DNA of 64,000 bases from NCBI GenBank assembly GCA_965242865.1, contig CBDETK010000013.1, forward strand, positions 1,856,001 to 1,920,000, written 5' to 3'. Below the pieces are notes generated by a model. The model was not told where the DNA came from, made no database searches, and was given only the letters and a program-made list of their open reading frames with translations. Shown here piece by piece: positions 50,626 to 60,135 of the stretch (the stretch's first letter is position 1; each line of letters opens with the position of its first letter). Source of the DNA: Candidatus Latescibacterota bacterium (GTDB taxonomy: Bacteria > Latescibacterota > UBA2968 > UBA8231). The translations under genes were made by a program, and so were the position numbers.

Positions 50626-53600
50626 TCAATAGGTCTCGACGATCCTGCTGTCTTCGAGGATCACATCCAGACACAAACTCTGTAGCTCTTTAACCAGCAC
50701 ATTGAACGATTCTGGAATGCCTGGTTCGGGTGGATTCTCTCCTTTCACGATCGCCTCGTATATCTTGGAACGCCCGGCGACGTCGTCGGACTTGACAGTC
50801 AACATCTCTTGGAGCGTGTAGGCCGAACCGTAGGCCTCCAAGGCCCACACCTCCATCTCGCCAAAGCGCTGGCCGCCAAACTGCGCCTTGCCGCCCAAGG
50901 GCTGCTGCGTGACCAGCGAGTACGGCCCGATGGAGCGAGCGTGAATTTTGTCGGCGACCAAGTGCGACAACTTCAACATGTATATGTAGCCCACCGTCAC
51001 CCGCTTGTCTAGCTCGTTGCCGGTCCGCCCATCGTAGAGCACTTGTTTGCCGTCGTCGGGCATCCCAGCCTCTTTGAGCCTCGCCCGCACCTCATCGAGG
51101 GACGCCCCGTCGAAAACCGGAGTCGCCACGTGCATATCTAAGGCGTGGGCCGCCATGCCCAGATGGGTTTCAAATATCTGGCCTAAGTTCATGCGCGAAG
51201 GCACCCCCAAAGGGTTGAGCGCGATATCCACGGGCGTACCGTCCTCGAGAAAGGGCATATCCTCCTCGGGCGCGATGTACGCGACGACCCCCTTGTTGCC
51301 GTGGCGGCCGGCCATCTTATCGCCGACCGAGAGCTTGCGCTTCTTGGCCACATAGACCTTGACTAGCTGGGCGATGCCCGGCGGCAACTCATCGCCGCGC
51401 GTGACGCGCTCTAGTTGGCGTTCTGTTTGCTCGTCAATCAGCTTTAACTGCTCTTCGGCATAGCGCAAAAGCTCGCCGACTTCGCCGCTGACTTCGGGGC
51501 TTGCGGTCCAGTCTTCTTCGGGTTGCAACGAGGCGAAATCCTCACCCACCCGCTCGAGCAGCCGCTGGCTCAGTTGAGTGCCTTTGCGGACCTTCAGCTC
51601 GCCGTCTTGGGAGTATAAGTTGCCCAGCTTGACGTTCTCCACCACCTCCAGCAACCGAGCGTTGCGCTCGGCTATTAGCTTCTCCTTGCGCTCGGCCGCC
51701 TCTTGCTCGTACGCGGCGATGCGCTCGCGACGCCGGGGTTGATCGCTTCGCTCGCGGCGCGAGAAAACCTTGCGGTCAATGACCACGCCCTCCATGCCGG
51801 GGGGTGCTTTCAGCGACGCATCGCGGACATCCCCGGCCTTCTCCCCGAAAATTGCCCGCAAGAGACGCTCTTCGGGCGATAGCTCGCTCTCGCCCTTGGG
51901 CGTCACTTTGCCGACTAGAATATCGCCGGGGCCGACCTCGGCACCAATGCGAATAATACCCTCGTCATCGAGGTTGCGCACCGCTCCTTCGCTGACGTTG
52001 GGAATCTCGCGGGTGATCTCCTCTTGACCGCGCTTGGTGTCGCGCACTTGGAGCTCAAATTCCTCAATGTGGACGGAAGTGAAAATATCCTTTTTGAGGA
52101 GGCGCTCGCTGACGACGATGGCATCTTCAAAGTTGTAGCCATTCCACGGCATGAAGGCGACCAAGACATTCACGCCTAGGGCCAAGTCGCCGCGGTCGGT
52201 AGCGGCGCCATCGGCCAAGGGCTGGCCGGTCTGTATCGCGTCGCCAACTTGGACCAAGGGCCGCTGATTGATGCAGCAGTCTTGGTTGGAACGGGCGAAC
52301 TTGGTCAATTTGTATTCGTCGACGTCCGCAGAATCCAATGGGGTCAGCCGCGTACTGCGCTTCTTGTCGCGGCGCACGACAATGCGCTGGGCATCAACGC
52401 TGACCACCGTGCCGGGGTTGCGGGCGACGATGATCGCGCCCGAATCGAGCGCGACCTTGCTCTCCATCCCGGTGCCGACGTAAGGGGCTTCAGTAAAAAG
52501 CAACGGCACTCCTTGGCGCTGCATGTTGGAGCCCATGAGTGCTCGGTTGGCATCGTCGTGTTCGAGGAAGGGGATTAGGGCCGCGGCCCCACTGACGAGC
52601 TGATTGGGCGATACGTCCATGTAGTCGAGCTCGTCGGGAGTTACCATCGGATAATCATCCCGCTTGCGCGCTTTGACCAATGGGTTGATGAACCGGCCCT
52701 GCTCGTCGATGGGCGCATTGGCTTGGGCGATGATGTACTTGTCTTCTTCGGCCGCGGTCAGAAACTCGATCTCGTTGGTCGCCTTGCCGTTTATCACCTT
52801 GCGGTACGGGGTCTCCAAAAAGCCAAAGGAATTGACGCGGGCATAGGTACTCAACGAGGAAATTAGGCCGATGTTGGGGCCTTCCGGCGTCTCGATGGGG
52901 CATATCCGGCCGTAGTGCGTGTAATGCACGTCCCGCACTTCAAAACCGGCGCGGTCGCGGCTGAGGCCCCCCGGGCCGAGGGCACTGAGGCGGCGCTTGT
53001 GGGTCAACTCGTCGAGCGGGTTGGTCTGCTGTATAAACTGCGAGAGTTGGCTCGAGCCGAAGAAGGCTTGGACCACGGTCGAAACCGTGCGCGCATTGAC
53101 CAAGTCGTGCGGCGTGATCTGATCTTCGTCGCGCAGGTTCATGCGCTCGCGAATGGTCCGCGCCATGCGCGTCAGGCCGATGCTCAACTGGTTGGCTAGC
53201 AACTCGCCGACCAAGCGCACGCGGCGATTGCCCAAGTGATCGATATCGTCGGTATTGCCCTGCCCTACTCGCAACCCCAATAGGTAGCGGATTATCGCCA
53301 TGAAATCCTCTAGATGCAGCACCGTACTCTCAAAGGGAATTCCCACATCCAACCGCCGGTTGATTCGATAGCGGCCCACATCGCCTAGGTTGTAGCGCTT
53401 GGCGTTGAAGAAGAGGCGATCGAGCAATTCGCGCACGGTCGCGATATTGGGCGGGTCGCCGGGACGCAGCAGGTTATAAATGCGCGTGAGGGCATCTTCC
53501 TCGTCGTCGCTCGGGTCCTTTTCGAGCGTTTTTTCTATCACCCCGGGATCCTTAGCCGACGGGAGGGCCAAAACCTTTAATTGCTCGATATTGGCTGCCT

Positions 53601-54414
53601 GTAGAGCCGTTAGGTTTTCGCGGCTTATTTTGTCGTAGGCATCCAATAAAATTTCGCCGCTATCTTCGTCGACGATGTCCTCGCCCCCGTTGTAGCGGTC
53701 GATCAACTCTTCGTTTACATCCTCCGCGACCTCTCCGCGGAACAGGCTGAGAATTTCGCCATCTTTAGAGCAGCCGAGTGCCTTCAAGAGCGACGTCACC
53801 GGCAGTTTGCGCCGCCGGTCGATATGCACGTACATGATGTCGTTGATGTCCATGCTGAACTCTAGCCACATCCCCTTGTTGTGGGGGAGGATCCGCGCCG
53901 AGAACAGCCGCTTGCCATTGGGGTGCAAAGTCTCGTCGAAAAACACCCCCGGCGAGCGATGCAACTGGCTGACGACCGCGCGTTCGGCCCCGTTGATAAT
54001 AAACGTGCCCTCGCGGGTCATCAGGGGCAGTTCGCCCAGAAATACGGCCTGTTCGACCACGTCCTTGACCGGGCGGTCCTCAACTTCCTTGTCGCGGGTC
54101 ACCAAGCGCAGGGTCGCACGCAGCGGGGCGGCGAAAGTCATATCCCGCTCGCGGCATTCCTCTTCGCTGTAGCGGGGGTTGCCAATGGAGTAGCTGACGT
54201 ATTCGAGAGAGTATATTCCATTGACATCAGTGACCGGAAAAATACTCTGGAAGACTAGGTGCAAACCGCGCCGCTGGCGCTGCTGGGGCTGGACGGAGAG
54301 CTGTAGGAAGTCCTCGAAGGAGTCAAGCTGAACTGAAAGCAGGTTGGGCATCTTTACGGCTTCTTTGATTTTGCCAAAAGAGTGCCGTTTAATACTGCCA
54401 TTCGTCTTTGCCAA
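50626..54414 (-). CDS. rpoB: RNA polymerase beta subunit
   Basis: [28 protein letters not shown]; TTG start after GAGGAG. Confidence 0.99.
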   Translation of the reverse strand: MAKTNGSIKRHSFGKIKEAVKMPNLLSVQLDSFEDFLQLSVQPQQRQRRGLHLVFQSIFPVTDVNGIYSLEYVSYSIGNPRYSEEECRERDMTFAAPLRATLRLVTRDKEVEDRPVKDVVEQAVFLGELPLMTREGTFIINGAERAVVSQLHRSPGVFFDETLHPNGKRLFSARILPHNKGMWLEFSMDINDIMYVHIDRRRKLPVTSLLKALGCSKDGEILSLFRGEVAEDVNEELIDRYNGGEDIVDEDSGEILLDAYDKISRENLTALQAANIEQLKVLALPSAKDPGVIEKTLEKDPSDDEEDALTRIYNLLRPGDPPNIATVRELLDRLFFNAKRYNLGDVGRYRINRRLDVGIPFESTVLHLEDFMAIIRYLLGLRVGQGNTDDIDHLGNRRVRLVGELLANQLSIGLTRMARTIRERMNLRDEDQITPHDLVNARTVSTVVQAFFGSSQLSQFIQQTNPLDELTHKRRLSALGPGGLSRDRAGFEVRDVHYTHYGRICPIETPEGPNIGLISSLSTYARVNSFGFLETPYRKVINGKATNEIEFLTAAEEDKYIIAQANAPIDEQGRFINPLVKARKRDDYPMVTPDELDYMDVSPNQLVSGAAALIPFLEHDDANRALMGSNMQRQGVPLLFTEAPYVGTGMESKVALDSGAIIVARNPGTVVSVDAQRIVVRRDKKRSTRLTPLDSADVDEYKLTKFARSNQDCCINQRPLVQVGDAIQTGQPLADGAATDRGDLALGVNVLVAFMPWNGYNFEDAIVVSERLLKKDIFTSVHIEEFELQVRDTKRGQEEITREIPNVSEGAVRNLDDEGIIRIGAEVGPGDILVGKVTPKGESELSPEERLLRAIFGEKAGDVRDASLKAPPGMEGVVIDRKVFSRRERSDQPRRRERIAAYEQEAAERKEKLIAERNARLLEVVENVKLGNLYSQDGELKVRKGTQLSQRLLERVGEDFASLQPEEDWTASPEVSGEVGELLRYAEEQLKLIDEQTERQLERVTRGDELPPGIAQLVKVYVAKKRKLSVGDKMAGRHGNKGVVAYIAPEEDMPFLEDGTPVDIALNPLGVPSRMNLGQIFETHLGMAAHALDMHVATPVFDGASLDEVRARLKEAGMPDDGKQVLYDGRTGNELDKRVTVGYIYMLKLSHLVADKIHARSIGPYSLVTQQPLGGKAQFGGQRFGEMEVWALEAYGSAYTLQEMLTVKSDDVAGRSKIYEAIVKGENPPEPGIPESFNVLVKELQSLCLDVILEDSRIVETY

Positions 54415-54450
54415 AGTCCAACTCCTCAATTTGGGGGTTAAGGCAAATGC

Positions 54451-54480
54451 TCATGGAGCTATTGGCCAATAGCTCCATGA
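54451..54480. repeat. Perfect 30-bp palindrome in the rplL-rpoB spacer
   Basis: TCATGGAGCTATTGG/CCAATAGCTCCATGA. Confidence 0.9.
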
Positions 54481-54536
54481 AGGGGCGCTGCAGAAAAGCA
54501 GGTATGAATGGACGAGCTACTATTCGCAGCCGTCTC

Positions 54537-54935
54537 CTACTGGAGTTCGACCGTAGCTCCGACGTCCTGCAATCGGCTCTGAATTTCTTCGGCTTCTTCC
54601 TTGGTCACTCCTTCCTTGACCGGCTTGGGGGCCTCGTCGACTAGCGCTTTGGCCTCTCGCAGCCCTAGGCTGGTGATCTCGCGGACGACCTTGATGGCTT
54701 GAATTTTCTTCTCGCCGGCACTGGTGAGCACGACGTCAAAGGAATCCTTCACCTCAGCGGCCTCTTCGCCGCCGCCATCGCCGGGCATTGCGCCAGCGAT
54801 CATCACCGGGGCCGAGGCCGACACGCCGAACTTATCTTCAAGTGCTTTGACCAATTCGGCCAACTCTAGGACCGTTAGGCCGCCGATGGTCTCAATGATT
54901 TCGCTTACCTTGCTGTTGGTGGTTTCTTCGGTCAT
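54537..54935 (-). CDS. rplL: 50S ribosomal protein L7/L12
   Basis: [24 protein letters not shown]. Confidence 0.98.
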   Translation of the reverse strand: MTEETTNSKVSEIIETIGGLTVLELAELVKALEDKFGVSASAPVMIAGAMPGDGGGEEAAEVKDSFDVVLTSAGEKKIQAIKVVREITSLGLREAKALVDEAPKPVKEGVTKEEAEEIQSRLQDVGATVELQ

Positions 54936-54996
54936 GGGATACAGCCTCCTATATATCCGTATTTGAGTTGAGTTTGTTAAAAGGAATGAATGGGGA

Positions 54997-55530
54997 TCAG
55001 GCGTTTTCCCCGCCTTCTACCCGTTGTTTTTCGATCGCCGACAACGCGCCGACTAAGCCCCTGAGCAACCCACTCAAGACGCCGCTTAGCCCGTAAAGCG
55101 GACTCTGGGCACTGGCGGCTACCTTGCCGAGCAATTCTTCCCTAGAAGGCAGCTTGGCCAATGCCTCGACTCTGTCGGCGGCGAGGACTTCGCCTTCCAT
55201 AAAGCCGGTCTTGATCTGAATTTTCCCACCATCGGCACCAAAATCTTGCAGAATTTTGGCTGGCGCGATGGGGTCTTCTTTGGAGTAAGCTATCGCTGTA
55301 GGCCCGGTGAAATGCTCTTTGAGGCCGGCGATCCCCACTTCCTCGGCTGCGCGAATGGCCAAGCGATTTTTGATCACTTGGTATTGAACCTCAGACTCGC
55401 GCAACTTGTTGCGTAGCTCGGTCACGGCCGCTACGTCAATCCCCGTAAAGTCGGCCAAATAAAAGCCCTTCGCCTCGGCCATGATGGCCTTCAGTTCTTC
55501 TACTTTCGCTTCTTTCTCTGCCGTCGCCAT
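54997..55530 (-). CDS. rplJ: 50S ribosomal protein L10
   Basis: [23 protein letters not shown]. Confidence 0.96.
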   Translation of the reverse strand: MATAEKEAKVEELKAIMAEAKGFYLADFTGIDVAAVTELRNKLRESEVQYQVIKNRLAIRAAEEVGIAGLKEHFTGPTAIAYSKEDPIAPAKILQDFGADGGKIQIKTGFMEGEVLAADRVEALAKLPSREELLGKVAASAQSPLYGLSGVLSGLLRGLVGALSAIEKQRVEGGENA

Positions 55531-55545
55531 ATACAGAAGCTTTCT

Positions 55546-56244
55546 TTAGGCCGCGAGCTGGGCGCGGTCGATCTTGATGCCCGGCCCGACGGCCGACGAG
55601 AGGACTAGCTTGCGGATGTATTGCCCCTTTGCCGCGGCCGGCTTGGCGCGCCAAATGGCGTCGGTAAACGCTTGGGCGTTTTCGATGAGCGCCTGATCGG
55701 CAAAGGACAGCTTGCCGATGGGGCCTTGGGCGTTGTTGCCGGACTTGCTGTCGGCGCGGTATTCAATGCGGCCAGCCTTGGCCTCGCTGACGGCTTGCGC
55801 CACTTCGCGCGTTACCGTGCCGGTCTTGGGATTGGGCATCAAGCCTCGCGGCCCCAAAATCCTCCCCAGCTTACCTACCTGCCCCATCATATCTGGCGAG
55901 GCGATGACTAGGTCGAAATCGAGCCAACCGCCTTGGATTTTCTCGGCCATATCGGCCCCGCCGACGAAATCGGCCCCGGCCTCTTGGGCCTCCTGCACGA
56001 GCGGCCCTTGGGTAATGACTAAGACCCGGAGTTCCTTTCCCGTGCCGTGGGGCAACATCACCGTGCCGCGCAGCGTTTGATCGGCTTGACGTCCATCGAT
56101 CCCTAGGTTGCAACAAAGCTCGATGGTCGGGTCGTAATTGCACGTTGGGAACCCCCGGAGGATTTGGATCCCCTCTTCCCACGAGTAGGCTTTGTCGCGG
56201 TCGAAAGACGCCAAGGCGTCCCTGTATTTTTTTCCTCTGGCCAT
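55546..56244 (-). CDS. rplA: 50S ribosomal protein L1
   Basis: LPHGTGK, LGPRGLMPNPKTGTVT. Confidence 0.98.
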   Translation of the reverse strand: MARGKKYRDALASFDRDKAYSWEEGIQILRGFPTCNYDPTIELCCNLGIDGRQADQTLRGTVMLPHGTGKELRVLVITQGPLVQEAQEAGADFVGGADMAEKIQGGWLDFDLVIASPDMMGQVGKLGRILGPRGLMPNPKTGTVTREVAQAVSEAKAGRIEYRADSKSGNNAQGPIGKLSFADQALIENAQAFTDAIWRAKPAAAKGQYIRKLVLSSAVGPGIKIDRAQLAA

Positions 56245-56294
56245 ATCCTAAACCTCACCTCTTAACCTCTTATGAGGGGTGCGTTGCAAAGCAA

Positions 56295-56717
56295 CTACTC
56301 AATTGAGATCCCCATGCTGCGGGCCGTCCCCGCGATCATCGACATCGCGGCTTCCATGGAGGCCGCGTTCAAATCGGGCATTTTCAATTCGGCGATTTCG
56401 CGCACTTGGTCTGTAGATACAACGCCGGCGCGGTCCCTGTTGGGTACGCCCGATCCCTTGGCTTGTCCAGCAGCCCGCAAGAGTAGCACCGCAGCCGGCG
56501 GCGTCTTGGTGATAAACGAAAACGTGCGGTCGGCGTACACCGTAATGATCACGGGAATGATCAACCCCTGCTGGTCTTGGGTCTGGGCATTGAAGGTCTT
56601 GCAGAATTCCATGATATTGACGCCGTGTTGACCGAGCGCCGGACCAACGGGCGGTGTTGGATTCGCCTGACCGGCGGGAACCTGCAATTTAATCTGGGCT
56701 ATTTCCTTTTTAGCCAT
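56295..56717 (-). CDS. rplK: 50S ribosomal protein L11
   Basis: [26 protein letters not shown]. Confidence 0.98.
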   Translation of the reverse strand: MAKKEIAQIKLQVPAGQANPTPPVGPALGQHGVNIMEFCKTFNAQTQDQQGLIIPVIITVYADRTFSFITKTPPAAVLLLRAAGQAKGSGVPNRDRAGVVSTDQVREIAELKMPDLNAASMEAAMSMIAGTARSMGISIE

Positions 56718-56740
56718 TTAGGTATCATTCCCTCTGAAAA

Positions 56741-57286
56741 TCAGCCGACGGTCTCTTGGACCGGCTCGACCTGCAACACATCCAATTCCACTGATGTACC
56801 GCGCCCAAAGATGCTCACCATGATTTTCAATCTGCGCTTCTCCGGCAGCACCTCTTGCACGGTGCCGATAAAATCCTTGAACGCGCCATCGTTGACCTTG
56901 ACTTGATCGTCAACGGCAAAGGGAATCTCTTCGAGCTCTTGGTCTTTGCGGCGGTCGGCGTGCCCCAAGATGCGATCGACTTCCTCCTGCCGAAGCGGTT
57001 GCGGCTTGCGCGCTGGGCCGACGAAATTGGTCACCCCAGGAATGTTGGTTACTTGGTACCAAGCGTCCTTGGACATTTCCATTTCCACCAGCACATAACT
57101 AGGCAAAAAGCGCTTCCTAGTCTTGGTCTTCTTGCCGGCGCGGAGTTCAACCACTTCCTCGGTCGGCACAACGACCTGAGCAATGGCATCGTTGGCAGCC
57201 CCGGACTCCATGAGCGACTCCAAGTAGGTCTTTACTTTATTTTCGTGCCCCGAATACGTATGTAAAGCGTACCAACGCTGTGCCAT
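56741..57286 (-). CDS. nusG: Transcription factor NusG
   Basis: WYALHTYSGHE, PSYVLVEM, KOW domain with IFGR. Confidence 0.97.
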   Translation of the reverse strand: MAQRWYALHTYSGHENKVKTYLESLMESGAANDAIAQVVVPTEEVVELRAGKKTKTRKRFLPSYVLVEMEMSKDAWYQVTNIPGVTNFVGPARKPQPLRQEEVDRILGHADRRKDQELEEIPFAVDDQVKVNDGAFKDFIGTVQEVLPEKRRLKIMVSIFGRGTSVELDVLQVEPVQETVG

Positions 57287-57331
57287 GGCTTCAATCCGGT
57301 GTTAGCCCTCGTTTGCCGAGCGTAAACAAGG

Positions 57332-57362
57332 AAAAGAAGCGGTGCATGCTGTGCGCCGCTTC
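57332..57362 (-). terminator. Terminator-like hairpin between secE and nusG
   Basis: Minus strand GAAGCGG...CCGCTTC stem followed by TTTT. Confidence 0.45.
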
Positions 57363-57385
57363 CCTTAGAAAGGCCCTAGCGAGAA

Positions 57386-57574
57386 TTACTGCCCTAAAAG
57401 CATTCCCCAAACAAAGGAGATGATCAGGTCGAACATGCCGATAAAAACCGCAAAGACCGCCGAAAAGACTAAGACCACTCCAGTGGAACTGACCAAATCT
57501 TCGCGCGTAGGCCAACTCACTTTGGAGAATTCAGCCCTCACATCTTTGACGAAATTAGTAAGTTTATTCCACAT
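57386..57574 (-). CDS. secE: Preprotein translocase SecE
   Basis: EFSKVSWPTREDL plus one TM helix. Confidence 0.95.
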   Translation of the reverse strand: MWNKLTNFVKDVRAEFSKVSWPTREDLVSSTGVVLVFSAVFAVFIGMFDLIISFVWGMLLGQ

Positions 57575-57595
57575 CCGTTCCCTAATGCAGAAGCC

Positions 57596-57671
57596 TGGCA
57601 GGGCAGACAGGACTTGAACCTGCAACCGCCGGTTTTGGAGACCGGAGCTCTACCAATTGAGCTACTGCCCT
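57596..57671 (-). tRNA. tRNA-Trp(CCA)
   Basis: Cloverleaf AGGGCAG..CCGGT-CTCCAAA-ACCGG..TTCAA..CTGCCCT-GCCA. Confidence 0.96.
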
Positions 57672-57675
57672 ATGC

Positions 57676-57828
57676 CTAGCGGGCTTCCTTGTGGGCCGTG
57701 TGCTTGTGGCAAAAGCGGCAATATTTTTTGTACTCCACGCGGCTTGGCTGGCTTCGTCTATTTTTGGTCGTTGTGTAATTTTGCTGGCTGCATACTTCGC
57801 ACTCCAGCTTTATTTGATCTCTTGGCAT
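57676..57828 (-). CDS. rpmG: 50S ribosomal protein L33 (zinc-binding form)
   Basis: CEVC..NYTTTKN..KKYCRFCHKHTAHKE. Confidence 0.96.
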   Translation of the reverse strand: MPRDQIKLECEVCSQQNYTTTKNRRSQPSRVEYKKYCRFCHKHTAHKEAR

Positions 57829-57864
57829 CGGGATTTGCCGTATTAGATGGAAGCATTGGGAAGG

Positions 57865-57940
<76 letters not shown>

Positions 57941-57958
57941 TGCAATTGTTTGGCGATC

Positions 57959-58035
57959 TGGAGCGGGAAACGGGACTCGAACCCGCGACCCCGAGCTTGG
58001 AAGGCTCGCGCTCTAGCCAACTGAGCTATTCCCGC
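57959..58035 (-). tRNA. tRNA-Gly(TCC)
   Basis: GCGGGAA..CGAGC-CTTCCAA-GCTCG..TTCCCGC-TCCA. Confidence 0.96.
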
Positions 58036-58073
58036 TCGAGCCGGATTGATGTCCGCGTTTAATTAAGCGTCTA

Positions 58074-58102
58074 AATATAGGATAGCTTTTTTAAGATGTC
58101 AA
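58074..58102 (-). promoter_or_regulatory. Sigma70 promoter heading the tRNA/ribosomal super-operon
   Basis: TTGACA-17 bp-TATATT, about 40 nt upstream of tRNA-Gly. Confidence 0.8.
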
Positions 58103-58175
58103 GAAGCCTTGGGCGCGGCTTTGAAGTGCGGGCCTTTTCGGGAATCGCCAGTACACTAGAAACTAGCTACCTGCG

Positions 58176-58646
58176 TCAGCGCGTGATTTTGACAATCCTG
58201 TAGTGCAGCTTGCCAACGGGCACTTCAATCTCGATTTCTTCCCCTACTTCGTGCCCGAGCAACCCCTTGCCTATCGGCGAAACCGTGGAGATTTTCCCCG
58301 CTTCAAAATCCGCTTCCTCGGGAGCAACGAGCGTGTACGTAAGCTGTCGCGCCTTTGCCAGGTCCTCTAGCTCCACAGTGGCACCGATATAGACCTTGTC
58401 TTCTGGGATCGCCTCGTTTTCTAGCAGGCGGGCCCGGCTGAGTGTCTCTTCGAGCTTGCCGATGCGCTGCTCTAGGAAGAGCAACCTTTCTTTGGCGGCC
58501 GAGTATTCGGCGTTTTCGGATAGGTCGCCAAATTCCCGCGCTCGCTGCAGCGCTTGGCGCACTGCCGGGCGTTCGGTCTCTTTGAGGCCCTTCAACTCGA
58601 CCTGAAGTTTTTCGTAGCCTTCTCGCGAAAGATATACCTCACTCAT
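58176..58646 (-). CDS. greA: Transcription elongation factor GreA
   Basis: GDLSENAEYSAAK, ISTVSPIGKGLLG; start ATG 58646. Confidence 0.96.
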   Translation of the reverse strand: MSEVYLSREGYEKLQVELKGLKETERPAVRQALQRAREFGDLSENAEYSAAKERLLFLEQRIGKLEETLSRARLLENEAIPEDKVYIGATVELEDLAKARQLTYTLVAPEEADFEAGKISTVSPIGKGLLGHEVGEEIEIEVPVGKLHYRIVKITR

Positions 58647-58691
58647 TATCAAGCCTTTACCGGAGAAAACAACACGCGCCATGCGCTATTT

Positions 58692-58725
58692 AACACAAAA
58701 GCGGAAGCGCACTACCGCTTCCGCT
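58692..58725 (-). terminator. Leader terminator/attenuator upstream of greA
   Basis: 10-bp perfect stem AGCGGAAGCG/CGCTTCCGCT, 6-nt loop, then TTTGTGTT on the minus strand. Confidence 0.65.
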
Positions 58726-58738
58726 ACTCAAGTAAATC

Positions 58739-58767
58739 AATGTACTAAAAACGGCCCCCCGGTGCAA
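58739..58767 (-). promoter_or_regulatory. Putative sigma70 promoter for greA
   Basis: TTGCAC-17 bp-TACATT. Confidence 0.55.
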
Positions 58768-58854
58768 GAAGGGACTTGCCCAAGTTCGCCCCCCTCCTTT
58801 TAATAAATTTACAGACCGTATCCCCTTTCCAACCCCAACGCTCTCGCACCTCTC

Positions 58855-60135
58855 ATGGCCTTGACACTCCTGCATTTTGCCGACCTGCATCTGGGCGTCG
58901 AAAACCACGGCAGCCTCGACCCAAGCACCGGCCTACATTCGCGGGTTCAAGACTTTGCTACCAGCCTAGAAGAAGTCTTCGACCTAGCCATTGAAAAGTC
59001 AGTCGATTTGGTTCTCTTCGCCGGCGACATGTACAAAAATTGCGATCCGACCCCCACCCACCAGCGCGTCTTCGCCCACCAGCTCCAGCGTCTGCAAGCG
59101 GCCCGCATCCCCATCGTGCTGGTGGTGGGCAACCACGACGCACCGGGGGCTTTTGGCAAAGCCACTTCGGTTGACATTTTCAGCACCCTACAGCTAGAAA
59201 ACACGCATGTCATCCGCCGCCCAAAACCAAAACTCCTGCGGCTCGACACGGCCCACGGCCCAGTGCAAGTGGCCGGCCTGCCTTGGCCGACGCGCCATGC
59301 CCTGCTCACCCGCGATGAATACCGCGACTGGTCGCTGGAGCAAATCCGCGACGAGATCAAAAGGATCTATTCGGCCCGGATCGACGAATACGCCCGGCAG
59401 CTCGACCCAACATTGCCGGGCATCCTCGTCGCCCACCTCGCCGCTGCGGACGCCGTCTTGTCTGGAGGCGAACGCACCGCCATCATCGGCCAAGACCCCG
59501 CTCTGCTCAAAGGCACCCTTGCCAATCCAGCCTACGACTACGTCGCCTTGGGACACATTCACAAATACCAAGACCTCAACCCCGGCCACCATCCGCCCGT
59601 GGTCTATTCGGGCAGCTTAGAGCGCATTGACTTCGGCGAGGAAGGCGAAGACAAGGGCTTTTGCCTCGTCCGCATTGCAGAGGACGCGACCATGCCGAGG
59701 GGCCGAAAAACCACCGTTGAATTCGTGCCCGTCGCGGCTCGGCGTTTTGTGACCATCGAGCTCAAGGTGCTCAACGGACAAGACGCGACCGAGCGCATCG
59801 TCGCGGCCTGCGCCGAGGCCGATCTAACAGACGCCGTAGTCCGCGTCCTCTACCACCTGCCCGCCGGCTACGCCACCCCGATAGACTTACAACGGGTGCG
59901 GCAAGCACTCAAACCGGCCTTCCACGTCGCCTCCATCCAGCCGCGCTTTGCCCCAGAAAAGACCCAACGCCGTGCAGAAATCAGCCCGGAGGCCGAGCTA
60001 GGCGACGCCCTCGACCGCTACATCAACAACAACCCAGATCTGCGAGAACACCAACACCGGTCCGAGCTCAAAAACCACGCGCTCCGTCTAGAGCGTGCGC
60101 TCGAATCGGGCCAACGCAACGGAGCCGACGCATGA
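58855..60135 (+). CDS. sbcD: SbcD/Mre11 nuclease
   Basis: Metallophosphoesterase motifs ADLHLG, AGD, GNHD, ALGHIH, YSGSLERIDFGE. Confidence 0.93.
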   Translation: MALTLLHFADLHLGVENHGSLDPSTGLHSRVQDFATSLEEVFDLAIEKSVDLVLFAGDMYKNCDPTPTHQRVFAHQLQRLQAARIPIVLVVGNHDAPGAFGKATSVDIFSTLQLENTHVIRRPKPKLLRLDTAHGPVQVAGLPWPTRHALLTRDEYRDWSLEQIRDEIKRIYSARIDEYARQLDPTLPGILVAHLAAADAVLSGGERTAIIGQDPALLKGTLANPAYDYVALGHIHKYQDLNPGHHPPVVYSGSLERIDFGEEGEDKGFCLVRIAEDATMPRGRKTTVEFVPVAARRFVTIELKVLNGQDATERIVAACAEADLTDAVVRVLYHLPAGYATPIDLQRVRQALKPAFHVASIQPRFAPEKTQRRAEISPEAELGDALDRYINNNPDLREHQHRSELKNHALRLERALESGQRNGADA

